Source of the DNA: an uncultured bacterium
GTDB lineage: Bacteria > Gemmatimonadota > Gemmatimonadetes > Longimicrobiales > RSA9
Length of the DNA stretch: 64,000 nt
Reading direction: 5' to 3'
NCBI GenBank assembly: GCA_937907535.1
Contig: CALCID010000119.1
Span: forward strand, 69,243-133,242
Shown here: positions 19,935 to 29,036 of the stretch, one piece after another
Numbering within the stretch: the first letter of the stretch is position 1
Layout of the letters: every line of letters begins with the position of its first letter
Notes under the pieces: model-generated
Database searches by the model: none
Told to the model about the DNA's origin: nothing
Seen by the model: the letters and a program-made list of their open reading frames with translations, nothing else
Translations under genes and position numbers: made by a program

Positions 19935-21671
19935 GTGACGGAACCAGTACCACCGACCACCGGGGTACAGTCGGCCGCGGAGCCGGATCTGGATCTCTCC
20001 GCATCCGAGGTGGCCGACCTGCTCCTGCAGCTCGCCAAGAGCGTGCGGGCGTTCCAGATCTACGAGTCGAACAACCCGGTCTATCAGCGTTTCGTCGACG
20101 GCCTCAAGAACACGCTGGCCGACCTCTGGCGCAGGACCTCGGCGTTGGAGCTGATCGTGGACGAGGCCGGCTTCCGCTATGGCGAGGAGGTCGTCGCGCC
20201 GGCGGACAGCCGGGACAGCCTGCCCTACCTCTTCTACAAGGACGGGGTCCGCCATCTCAAGCTCCTCCCGGGCTTCGAGGACGAGATCGAGAAGTTCCTC
20301 GCGGTGGTGCACAAGGCGCGCGTCACCGACCGGATGGGCGACGACCTCGTGACGCTCCTCTGGGAGCAGGATTTCGGGTCGTTCCAGTACGGGTACGTGG
20401 ACATCCTGGCGGAGGGGCTCGAGCTGCCGGGGGTGCCGGACCCGAGCACGCCGGCGATCGGGCGGGAGCGGATCGCGGCGGACCTCATGGGCGACCTGGA
20501 GCCGGCGTGGTCGCCGGGCGAGGCGTCGGCGGGGGACATCGTCGCATCGATCACGCGGGAGGACTTCGACGAGACCCTGTACTTCCTCGACGACGCCGAG
20601 CTGCAGACGCTGCAGCAGGAGGTCGAGCGGGAGTGGAGCCGGGATCTCCGGACCGACGTCCTGAACGCGCTGTTCGACCGTCTGGAGGACGGCAAGTCGG
20701 AACGCCAGACGGAGATCCTGGACATCCTCCGCCAGCTCCTGCCGAACTTTCTCGCCCGGGGCGAGCTCGCGGCGGCCACGCACGTGTTGCGGGAGCTGGA
20801 CGCGATCCTGGCGGCGAATCCGCCGAGGCTCGGGGAGGCGCAGCGAGTGGCGGTCGGGCGGCTGCTGGACGAGATGAGCGACCCCGAGGTGCTGGGGCAG
20901 CTGATCGATTCGATCCAGAGCGGCGGGGTGGTGGTGGACGTGCAGGACCTGGCCGTGTTCCTCGAGCACCTCCGGCCGATCGCGCTGCCGGTCCTGATCC
21001 GCGCGGCGGAGACCGCGAAGTCCCAGGCATTGCACGAGCGGCTGCCCCCGGCCATCGAGCATCTGGCGAGGCAGCAGGTGAGCCACCTCGTCGGACTGCT
21101 CGAGTCGCCGGATGCGACGGTGGCGAGGGGCGCGGCGCGCCTCGTCGGCCGGCTGCGCATTGCGTCGGCCGCGCCCGGGCTCGCGAAGCTCATGGACTCG
21201 CCGGATGTGGACGTGCGTCGCGCCGCCGTGGCCGCTCTTGCCGACCTGCGGTCCAGCCAGGCCATCGAGCCGCTCCAGCGCGCGCTGGAGGACCCTGACC
21301 GGGACGTGCGGATCACGGCCGCGCGGGGGCTCGGCGAGCTGCGGATCCAGAGCGTGCGCGAGCGGTTCGAGGCGATCATCAAGGGGCGCGGCCTGCGCGA
21401 GGCGGATCTGACGGAGAAGCGCGCCTTCTTCGAGGCCTACGGTTCCCTGGCCGGGAACGAGGGGGTCCCCTTCCTGGACAGGATCCTGAACGGCCGCAGT
21501 CTGCTGCGGCGGCGGGAGCCGTCGGACATGCGGGCGTGCGCCGCCATCGGTCTCGGCAAGATCGGCTCGCCGGCGGCCCGGGCCGCGCTCCAGCGGGCCG
21601 GGAGCGATGCGGACCCCGTCGTCCGTTCGGCGGTGAACCGGGCGCTGCGCCGGGAGGCGACCGGCACATGA
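19935..21671 (+). CDS. HEAT-repeat protein with an uncharacterised N-terminal module
   Basis: The C-terminal half has HEAT/PBS-lyase-like units (SPDVDVRRAAVAALADLRSSQAIEPLQRALEDPDRDVRITAARGLGEL; DADPVVRSAVNRAL). GTG start 19 nt after the trpB stop. The stop overlaps the next start (ATGA). Confidence 0.75.
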   Translation: MTEPVPPTTGVQSAAEPDLDLSASEVADLLLQLAKSVRAFQIYESNNPVYQRFVDGLKNTLADLWRRTSALELIVDEAGFRYGEEVVAPADSRDSLPYLFYKDGVRHLKLLPGFEDEIEKFLAVVHKARVTDRMGDDLVTLLWEQDFGSFQYGYVDILAEGLELPGVPDPSTPAIGRERIAADLMGDLEPAWSPGEASAGDIVASITREDFDETLYFLDDAELQTLQQEVEREWSRDLRTDVLNALFDRLEDGKSERQTEILDILRQLLPNFLARGELAAATHVLRELDAILAANPPRLGEAQRVAVGRLLDEMSDPEVLGQLIDSIQSGGVVVDVQDLAVFLEHLRPIALPVLIRAAETAKSQALHERLPPAIEHLARQQVSHLVGLLESPDATVARGAARLVGRLRIASAAPGLAKLMDSPDVDVRRAAVAALADLRSSQAIEPLQRALEDPDRDVRITAARGLGELRIQSVRERFEAIIKGRGLREADLTEKRAFFEAYGSLAGNEGVPFLDRILNGRSLLRRREPSDMRACAAIGLGKIGSPAARAALQRAGSDADPVVRSAVNRALRREATGT

Positions 21672-23116
21672 GCACGCCGCAACCACCCATCGTCCGGGGC
21701 GGCGGGTCGCTCCAGGTCCAGGGTCAGGCGCTGCTCATCGGCATGCACGCCGCGGCCCAGGCGCTGAAGCTCTATCCGGTCGAGAACGCCGCCGTGCAGA
21801 AGGCGCTGGATGAGCTGCACCGCACGGTCATGCGGGTGATCGAGCGCGAGGGGACGCTCGAGCTGAAGCTCATCGGGGACTTCGTGTTCCTGAACGATGC
21901 CCGGCTGCGGCTCGACCTCTCGAACTACACGGCCGTGTCCTTCTTCGGGAACGCGCTCGCCCGGCACGGCGTGGGCACGGTCACCGTGGACCCGGCCGTG
22001 TCCCGGAACGAATGGGCCCCGTTCCTGAGCCTGCTCCTCCAGGACCCGCCCGAGTCCGCCGACCCCTTCGAACGGTTCACGGCCCGGCTCGCCAATACGC
22101 CGGTCTCCAGGATCACGGTCTCGCCGACGCGGGACCCGGACCAGCGCCCGGGCACGGACACGCGCTCCCGGGAGCTCGCGAAGAAGACGTACGTTCAGTC
22201 GGTCCAGGTCGCCCGCGAGGTGCTCACCGATTTCCGGCTGGGCAAGGCGGTCAACGTCCGGCGAGTCAAGCGCGCGGTGCAGAGCATCGTCGATCAGGTG
22301 CTCAACGACGAGAGCTCCATGATCGGCATGACCGTGCTGCGCGACTTCGATGAGTACACGTTCACGCACTCCGTGAACGTGTGCATCTTCAGCGTGGTGC
22401 TGGGGCAGAAGCTCGGCCTGTCCAAGCTCCAGTTGTACGAGCTCGGACTGGGGGCGCTGTTCCACGACATCGGCAAGATGCGGATCGACCCGGACATCAT
22501 CAACAAGGCGGAAGGCCTCACGGAGGACGAGTTCGACGCGATCCGCGAGCATCCCACGGAAGGTCTCCTGGCGCTCTTCAACCTGAACGGCTTCGGGGAG
22601 GTGCCGTACCGCGCCATGCTGATGGCGTACGAGCACCACATGAAGATCGACCTCACGGGCTACCCGAGGAACAGGCGGAAGCGGACGCCGTCGCTCTTCA
22701 GCCGGATCGTCGCGGTGGCCGATGGGTTCGACGCGGCGACGTCGCGCCGGAGCTACCAATCCCTGCCGTGGCCGCCCGACCGGGTCCTCGCCGAGATGCA
22801 GAACAACCCGAAGCGCGGGTTCGACCCGCTCGTGGTCAAGGCCTTCATCAACGTCACGGGCGTGTATCCGGTGGGCACGCTCGTGATCCTGGACACCTAC
22901 GAGCTGGCGGTGGTGTACGAGCCGAATCCGGATCCGAGCCGCATCCACCAGCCGGTGGTCAAGATCATCGCGGATCCGATGGGGATCCCGCTGGCGGAGC
23001 CGGTGCTCGCCGACCTGTCGGAGATCGACCCGGTCACCGGCCATCCGAAGCGAACGATCATCAAGACGACCGACCCCGAGAAGTACGGTATCAACGTTGG
23101 CGAATACTTCCTCTGA
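21668..23116 (+). CDS. HD-GYP domain phosphohydrolase (cyclic-dinucleotide phosphodiesterase family)
   Basis: HSVNVC..ALFHDIGK..IREHP..YEHHMKIDLTGYPR..VADGFDAATSRRSY. ATG 21668 overlaps the HEAT stop. Confidence 0.85.
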   Translation: MSTPQPPIVRGGGSLQVQGQALLIGMHAAAQALKLYPVENAAVQKALDELHRTVMRVIEREGTLELKLIGDFVFLNDARLRLDLSNYTAVSFFGNALARHGVGTVTVDPAVSRNEWAPFLSLLLQDPPESADPFERFTARLANTPVSRITVSPTRDPDQRPGTDTRSRELAKKTYVQSVQVAREVLTDFRLGKAVNVRRVKRAVQSIVDQVLNDESSMIGMTVLRDFDEYTFTHSVNVCIFSVVLGQKLGLSKLQLYELGLGALFHDIGKMRIDPDIINKAEGLTEDEFDAIREHPTEGLLALFNLNGFGEVPYRAMLMAYEHHMKIDLTGYPRNRRKRTPSLFSRIVAVADGFDAATSRRSYQSLPWPPDRVLAEMQNNPKRGFDPLVVKAFINVTGVYPVGTLVILDTYELAVVYEPNPDPSRIHQPVVKIIADPMGIPLAEPVLADLSEIDPVTGHPKRTIIKTTDPEKYGINVGEYFL

Positions 23117-23906
23117 GACAGACCGCCTGTCCTCCCGGTTCGACGCCTGGCGCGCGGCGGGGCGGCGGGCCCTGATTCCCTACGTCACCGCGGGCTACCC
23201 CCGTCCGGCCGACACCGTGGAACTGCTGCACGGCCTCGTGGACGCGGGCGCGGACGTGATCGAGCTGGGCGTTCCGTTCAGCGATCCGCTGGCGGACGGT
23301 CCCACGATCCAGCGGTCGACCCAGGCGGCGCTGGAGGCGGGCGTGACCCTGGAATGGACGCTGGACGCGCTGGCGCGGTTCCGGCGGGAGCGGGACGCGA
23401 GCGTCGTCGTCTTCAGCTACCTGAACCCGGTGCTGGCGTACGGCATCGAGCGCTTCCTTGCGGACGCCGTGGCGGCTGGCGCGGACGGCTTCCTCCTCAC
23501 CGACCTGCCGTACGGGTGCGATCCCGAGTTCGAGGCACTCGTGGAGGCCTCGCCCATCCCGCTGATCCGGCTCCTTGCGCCGACCACGCCGATCGACCGG
23601 GCGGTGGCGATCGCCCGGCGCGCGCGGGGATTCCTTTACTACATCTCCCGCACGGGCGTGACCGGCGCGACCCGCGACCTGCGCGCGGACCTCGCCACGG
23701 AGGTGGCCGCGCTCCGGGGCGCCACGGACGTGCCGATCGCGGTCGGGTTCGGGATCTCCGGGCCCGAACAGGCGGCGTGGGTCGCCCAGGTGGCGGATGG
23801 GGTGGTGGTGGGCAGCGCCCTGATCGAGGCGCTGGACCGGGGCGGCATCCCTGAGGCGACGTCGTTCCTCCGCACCCTCCGCGAAGCGATCGACCGCGTG
23901 CGGTGA
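23097..23906 (+). CDS. trpA: Tryptophan synthase alpha chain
   Basis: ALIPYVTAGYP..IELGVPFSDPLADGPTIQ..YISRTGVTG..VGFGIS..VVVGSA. The only in-frame start upstream of the conserved N-terminus is TTG 23097, which lies 20 nt inside the HD-GYP ORF. Confidence 0.9.
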   Translation: MANTSSETDRLSSRFDAWRAAGRRALIPYVTAGYPRPADTVELLHGLVDAGADVIELGVPFSDPLADGPTIQRSTQAALEAGVTLEWTLDALARFRRERDASVVVFSYLNPVLAYGIERFLADAVAAGADGFLLTDLPYGCDPEFEALVEASPIPLIRLLAPTTPIDRAVAIARRARGFLYYISRTGVTGATRDLRADLATEVAALRGATDVPIAVGFGISGPEQAAWVAQVADGVVVGSALIEALDRGGIPEATSFLRTLREAIDRVR

Positions 23907-23986
23907 GGCCGGTTCCGGCGCCGGCGCGCGGGTGCCGGCGCTGCCGAGCGACAACCGGACCCTGCGCCGGTCAGCGGAACGGAATG

Positions 23987-24004
23987 TCGAGCGCTTTCGC
24001 TCGA
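23987..24004. terminator. Small hairpin between convergent trpA and cytochrome c genes
   Basis: TCGAGCG cttt CGCTCGA (7-bp stem, 4-nt loop), followed on the plus strand by tagacactcgtttgtt. Confidence 0.3.
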
Positions 24005-24184
24005 TAGACACTCGTTTGTTCCGCCAGGATGCGCGCCCGTACGACCCGATACGGGCCGGTTCGGCGCCCGCGGGACCCGGCGCCGCCCCGCCCGGTCCCC
24101 GCGATCCCATCCAGCGCTACGTCCCGATTCCGGATGACCATGGACGGGCGCAGACCGCCGGGGCGGCGTGCTGTACAGCGGGCC

Positions 24185-24598
24185 TCAGCTCCCCCCGCCC
24201 GCACCCCCGTCACCCGTGCGGGAGAGCGTCCAGACGTAGGCCGCGACCGCCCGCAGCTCCTCGTCCGACAGCTTCGCGCCGCCCATCTCCGGCATGGGCG
24301 CGGGGAACTTGACGGGCTTGGGCACGCCGGAGCGCACGAGCGCCACGATCTCCTCGAAGCCCCCCTTGATGTGCAGCCACTCCCCGCCCTTGAGCGCCGG
24401 GCCTAGCATCGTGCCCTCGCCGGACGCGCCGTGACAGACGAAGCAGTTGCCGCGACCCCGGAAAATGGCCGCGCCGGCGTCGATCTGGGCCGGGCCGATG
24501 CCCGGCGGGAGGCCGTTCGCATCCGCCTGCTGAGCGGCGGCGGACAGGGGCAGGACGAATATCACTGCTGCCGCGATCGCGGCTGGAAGACGTCGCAT
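24185..24598 (-). CDS. Class I c-type cytochrome, secreted
   Basis: Signal peptide MRRLPAAIAAAVIFVLPLSAAAQ, heme motif CFVCH, and a distal Met region (APMPEMGG). GAGGAG SD upstream. Confidence 0.85.
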   Translation of the reverse strand: MRRLPAAIAAAVIFVLPLSAAAQQADANGLPPGIGPAQIDAGAAIFRGRGNCFVCHGASGEGTMLGPALKGGEWLHIKGGFEEIVALVRSGVPKPVKFPAPMPEMGGAKLSDEELRAVAAYVWTLSRTGDGGAGGGS

Positions 24599-24692
24599 CG
24601 ATCACTCCTCTGTCTTCGTGTGCTGATTCGGCTCGCCGCGGGCCGGCCGGAACCCCATCTCCGCCGGGGGCGCGGCCCGAAATCACGGCGCG

Positions 24693-26372
24693 TCATGACA
24701 CCCGGAGACGCCGCTCGAGTTCCGGGTCCGGCTCCACGAAGAGCGTGCGGACCCGCTCCGGCACCACCAGCCCGGGCGGCGCCTTGCGCGGTTTCCGTAC
24801 ATACTTGCGGCGGGTCCAGTCCACAGCAACCGTCCCGGACGTGCGCGCGCGGCTGTGCAGCGCCGCCAGCACCGCGGCCTCGACCAGGTCCCGGCGCGGG
24901 GGATTCGCCTCCGGGTCGCTCCAGCGGAGGATCACGTGGGAGCCGGCCACGTCCCGGGCGTGCAGCCAGATGTCGTTCGGCGACGAGTGGTGGAAGGTCA
25001 ACTCGTCGTTCGCGCGGCTGCTCCGCCCGACCCGGGCCTCGAGCCCGCCGCTCGTGCGGTAGCGACGGTAGGGGAGGGCAGGGGCCTCCCCGCCGCCCGC
25101 GCCCTTGCGCTCGCCCGGGGCCTCGCCGATGACCGCGGCGAGCTCCGCCGCCGCGGCGGGATCGGTCCGCGCCCGCTCGACGAGGGCTTCCAGCACTCGC
25201 CGTTCCGGCTCGGCTCGCTGGATCAGGTCCGGAATCCGCTCCGCCGCCCGTTCCCGCTTCCTCGCCCGTTCGTAGATCCTCTGCACGTTGTCCGAGGGCG
25301 GGAGGGACGGGTCCAGCGCCACGGTCAGCGTCCCGCCCTCGAAGTCGGAGATCTGCACCTCCGTCATCCCCTTGCGCACCAGGTACAGCTGGCTGAGGAG
25401 CAGGTCCGCGGACCGGCGCAGCGCCGCCGCCTCGGGCGCCGCCTCCGCCAGCTCCCGGCGCATCCGGTCGATCCGGGCATCCAGGCGGGCCAGACGGGCC
25501 CGGGCCCGCTCGAGGAGCTCGGCCGGCACCGCGGGCGCCGCGGGCTCCGCCTCACCTTCGACCGGACCCGCAGCAGCGGCAATGGCGTCCAGTAGCGTGG
25601 GATACCGCGCTTCACAGACCCCGCCCGGCGGGACCGGGTACGGCTGTCGCGCGCCGCCCAGGTTCAGCACGCACGGCTCCGCAGGCCCGAACCGGACGAG
25701 CGCCCGGTAGCGTTCGTACGCCCCCTCCAGGGCGGCGGGGTCGGCGCGGATCGCGGCCTCGCCGAGCACCGGCGCCGCGTTCAGGGGGCTCATGTAGGCG
25801 ACGTCGCGGATCAACCTCCCCGGCCGGTCCTCCGGCGCCACCGGCTCCAGCAGCCCGCGCCACTCTTCCGGGGTGAGCGGCGAGTCCAGCCCGGCGCGCC
25901 GCTGCGCCGGCGGCGGCGAATACGCCGCGCCGGGCGCCAGGCGCCGACCCCCCGCCTCCCTCCGCCACAGCACCGCCAGGATCCGATCCTCCTCGTCCAG
26001 CGCCAGCACGTTCCACTGGTTCGTCATCAGCTCCACGACGACGCGGCCTCCGGTCACCCGGACCTCCAGCAGCCGCTCGTCGGGCACCGCTCGGACGTCA
26101 ACCACCCGCACCCGCCGGCGGTACGGCGTCGCGTCCCGGTCGAACCGCGCCCGGCGCCGCCCGCCGGCCGCGTCCGCCGGCGCCGCCAACCGCACCGCGC
26201 CACGCCTCGGGTGCAGCTCCCAGATCAGCGCCAGGTCGCCGAAATCGAACACCGCCCGCCGCGGATCCGAGTCCAACCGGAGGGCAAGGAGATGGCGTCC
26301 TGCGAGGCGCTCGGAGAGCTCCGCCGCAAGGTAGCGGACCAGGATCGGATCGTAGCGAATCGGGTTTGACAC
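24693..26372 (-). CDS. NFACT-family protein (RqcH/FbpA-like, DUF814 NFACT-R domain)
   Basis: C-terminal ..ELTFHHSSPNDIWLHARDVAGSHVILRW.. is the NFACT-R/DUF814 signature. A coiled-coil middle segment is present. GTG start at 26372. Confidence 0.75.
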   Translation of the reverse strand: MSNPIRYDPILVRYLAAELSERLAGRHLLALRLDSDPRRAVFDFGDLALIWELHPRRGAVRLAAPADAAGGRRRARFDRDATPYRRRVRVVDVRAVPDERLLEVRVTGGRVVVELMTNQWNVLALDEEDRILAVLWRREAGGRRLAPGAAYSPPPAQRRAGLDSPLTPEEWRGLLEPVAPEDRPGRLIRDVAYMSPLNAAPVLGEAAIRADPAALEGAYERYRALVRFGPAEPCVLNLGGARQPYPVPPGGVCEARYPTLLDAIAAAAGPVEGEAEPAAPAVPAELLERARARLARLDARIDRMRRELAEAAPEAAALRRSADLLLSQLYLVRKGMTEVQISDFEGGTLTVALDPSLPPSDNVQRIYERARKRERAAERIPDLIQRAEPERRVLEALVERARTDPAAAAELAAVIGEAPGERKGAGGGEAPALPYRRYRTSGGLEARVGRSSRANDELTFHHSSPNDIWLHARDVAGSHVILRWSDPEANPPRRDLVEAAVLAALHSRARTSGTVAVDWTRRKYVRKPRKAPPGLVVPERVRTLFVEPDPELERRLRVS

Positions 26373-26381
26373 GCCCCGAAA

Positions 26382-26410
26382 TTGACGCTAGCTTCCCCCC
26401 ATCGTCAACT
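26382..26410 (+). promoter_or_regulatory. Weak sigma-70-like promoter candidate for panB
   Basis: TTGACG (26382-26387), a 17-nt spacer, then TCAACT (26405-26410), 60 nt before the panB ATG. Confidence 0.25.
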
Positions 26411-26470
26411 CGAAGGCGCGCGCCATTACGTGCGTTCCGTAGAACCGCCCGGCAGGGGAAGGCGGCGCAG

Positions 26471-27298
26471 ATGAGCGTTCACGGCGCGGAGCGGACGCGG
26501 CGAGTCACCGTCCGCGATCTCCGTGAGATGAAACGGCGCGGCGATAAAATCGTCGCGCTCACTGCCTATGACTTCCTGTTCGGACGGCTCGTCGATGGCG
26601 CTGGCGTCGACATCGTCCTCGTCGGCGACTCCCTCGGACAGGTCGTCTGCGGCCACGATTCCACACTCCCCGTCACCCTGGACGACATGATCTACCACGG
26701 CCGCGCCGTGCGGCGCGCCGTGCAGCGGGCCTTCCTCGTGGTCGACATGCCCTTCCTGTCGTTCCAGGTCAGCCCGGAAGAGACGCTCCGCAACGCCGGC
26801 CGCATCATGCGTGAGACCGGCGCCAGCGGCGTCAAGCTGGAGGGCGGGGACGAAGAGACCGCCCGCCACGTGCGCGCCCTCGTCCGCGCCGGGATCCCGG
26901 TGATGGGGCACATCGGGCTCACGCCGCAGTCGGTGCACGCGATCGGTGGGTACCGGGTCCAGGGGCGCGCCGCCGAGGATGCGGAACGGCTGAAGGCCGA
27001 GGCGCGCCGCCTCGAGGAGGCCGGCTGCTTCGCCCTCGTGCTGGAGCTCATGCCCGCGGCCCTGGCCGGAGAAGTCAGTCGCTCGCTCGAGATCCCGACG
27101 ATCGGGATCGGCGCCGGACCCGAGACGGACGGGCAGGTCCTGGTGCTGTACGACATGCTCGGTTTGAACGAGGGGTTCAGCCCGAGGTTTCTCCGGCGGT
27201 TCGCGGACCTGGCGAGTGCCGCGCGGGCGGGTCTGGATTCGTACGTCCGGGCGGTGCGTGCTGGAGAATATCCTGGTCCGGAGCATTCTTTCGAGTGA
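26471..27298 (+). CDS. panB: 3-methyl-2-oxobutanoate hydroxymethyltransferase
   Basis: From ATG 26471: LTAYD..VLVGDSLGQV..VVDMPF..VKLEGG..GIPVMGHIGLTPQS. Confidence 0.93.
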   Translation: MSVHGAERTRRVTVRDLREMKRRGDKIVALTAYDFLFGRLVDGAGVDIVLVGDSLGQVVCGHDSTLPVTLDDMIYHGRAVRRAVQRAFLVVDMPFLSFQVSPEETLRNAGRIMRETGASGVKLEGGDEETARHVRALVRAGIPVMGHIGLTPQSVHAIGGYRVQGRAAEDAERLKAEARRLEEAGCFALVLELMPAALAGEVSRSLEIPTIGIGAGPETDGQVLVLYDMLGLNEGFSPRFLRRFADLASAARAGLDSYVRAVRAGEYPGPEHSFE

Positions 27299-28179
27299 GA
27301 ATCGTCCATTCCTGCGTCGAATTACGTCAGCTCGTCGCGGCGTACCGGGCCGGCCGTGCCGCGGACCGGGAGCCGCGTGCGGATACGGGGAGCCGGGGCC
27401 GCGTCGTGCTCGTGCCCACCATGGGCGCGCTGCACGAGGGGCATCTCTCGCTGGTCGATCGGGCGAGGGGCCTCGGGGACCTGGTGGTGCTCTCCATCTT
27501 CGTGAATCCGTTGCAGTTCGGCCCGAACGAGGACTACGCCGCCTATCCGCGGACGCTGGACCGGGACGTGGAGCTTGCGGCCGGGCGTGGCGTGGACATC
27601 GTCTTCGCCCCGGACGTGCGGGAGATGTATCCGCACGGGGAGCCCGCCGTCCGCGTCGTGCCGGGTCCGATGGCGGACCGGCTGTGCGGCGCGTTCCGGC
27701 CCGGCCACTTCGAGGGCGTATTGACCGTGGTGGCCAAGTTGTTCAACATCGTGCAGCCGGACGTGGCCGTATTCGGGCAGAAGGACTATCAGCAGAGCGT
27801 GCTGATCCGCCGGATGGTCGCGGACCTGGACATGCCGATCGTGATCGACGTGGCGCCGACGGTTCGGGAGCCGGACGGGCTCGCCATGAGCTCGCGGAAC
27901 GCGTATCTCACGGGCGATGACCGGCAGCGGGCGCTTCGGCTCTGGCGCGGCCTCTCCGCGGCCCGGGAGGCGTACCGGCGAGGGGAGCGGGACGCGGTCG
28001 TGCTCTGTTCCCTGGCGCGGGCGGAGCTCGAAGGGGACGAGCGGGTGCGGCCCCAGTACGTGGAGCTGGTGGACGGGGAGACGCTGGAGCCCGTGGCGCA
28101 GGCGCGGGCGGGCTGCGTGCTGGCGGTGGCGGCGTACGTTGGGAACGCGCGTCTGATCGACAACCTGATCCTGGAATGA
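27295..28179 (+). CDS. panC: Pantoate--beta-alanine ligase
   Basis: LVPTMGALHEGHLSLV..IFVNPLQFGPNEDY..FGQKDYQQ. GTGA overlap with the panB stop. Confidence 0.93.
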   Translation: MRIVHSCVELRQLVAAYRAGRAADREPRADTGSRGRVVLVPTMGALHEGHLSLVDRARGLGDLVVLSIFVNPLQFGPNEDYAAYPRTLDRDVELAAGRGVDIVFAPDVREMYPHGEPAVRVVPGPMADRLCGAFRPGHFEGVLTVVAKLFNIVQPDVAVFGQKDYQQSVLIRRMVADLDMPIVIDVAPTVREPDGLAMSSRNAYLTGDDRQRALRLWRGLSAAREAYRRGERDAVVLCSLARAELEGDERVRPQYVELVDGETLEPVAQARAGCVLAVAAYVGNARLIDNLILE

Positions 28180-29036
28180 TGGAGGGCCCGGAGGCGGGGG
28201 ACTGGGCCGGGATCGCGCTGGCCTTGCGGGACGCGGGGGAGGACCGGCTCTGTTCCCGCGTGCCGACCTACCTCCATCCCCTTGCCGGCCGGATCCTGGC
28301 GTGGCACGTCCTGCGCGCGTTGGCCACCCTCTCGCCTCCGCCGCGCCAGCTCCTGCTCGTGACCGCGGTGCCGGTGGATCCCGCCGTAGTGGCGGGGCTC
28401 CCGGCGGGCGTGGTGCCGCTGGAGCGCAAAGGGGGCTGGTCGGCCGCGCTGGAGGAGCGGCTGGAGCCCTCGGTGGGTCGGCTGCTCTTCGTGGACGCGA
28501 CGGCGGCGGCGCTGTCGACGTCGCTCGCGGAACTCCGGGGCGGTCCGACCGGCCGGGTGCTGCGGGGAGCCGGCGGCGAGCCGCTCGCCGTTTGGCTGGA
28601 CCGGTCGGAGGTGGCGGGCCGCGTTGGGAACGGTGGCGGGCTCGAGGCGCTGGCGTCCGGGTGCGAGGAGACCGTTCCCGGGGATCCCGGGGAGACGTTC
28701 GCGGTGCGGGACCGGGCCGCGCTCGCCCGGGCGGGCGTGATCGTGCGCGACCGGATCGTGCGCGCGCTCATGGATGAGGGCGTCACGTTCCTGCTCCCGG
28801 AGACGGTGCTGGTGGACGTGGACGTGACCGTGGGTCCGGACACGGTGATCTACCCGGGCGTCGTCCTGGAGGGCGCGACGACGATCGGTTCGGAGACGGT
28901 GATCGGGCCCGGCTGCCGGATCATCGACAGCCGCATCGGCAGCGGCGTCGAGCTCAAGGGCTGGAACTACATCGTGTCGACGGCGATCCGGAACCGGGCG
29001 GTGCTGGAGCCGTACGTGCGGCGCGGCCATGATTGA
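28176..29036 (+). CDS. GlmU-like protein, truncated and with a degenerate nucleotide-binding loop
   Basis: The C-terminal half (ALMDEGVTFLLPETVLVDVDVTVGPDTVIYPGVVLEGATTIGSETVIGPGCRIIDSRIG) matches the GlmU linker and the first left-handed beta-helix turns. The N-terminus reads IALALRDAGEDRLCSRVPTYLHPLAG where GlmU has LAAGKGTRM..PKVLHPLAG. The ORF ends about 170 aa short of GlmU. Confidence 0.6.
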   Translation: MMEGPEAGDWAGIALALRDAGEDRLCSRVPTYLHPLAGRILAWHVLRALATLSPPPRQLLLVTAVPVDPAVVAGLPAGVVPLERKGGWSAALEERLEPSVGRLLFVDATAAALSTSLAELRGGPTGRVLRGAGGEPLAVWLDRSEVAGRVGNGGGLEALASGCEETVPGDPGETFAVRDRAALARAGVIVRDRIVRALMDEGVTFLLPETVLVDVDVTVGPDTVIYPGVVLEGATTIGSETVIGPGCRIIDSRIGSGVELKGWNYIVSTAIRNRAVLEPYVRRGHD

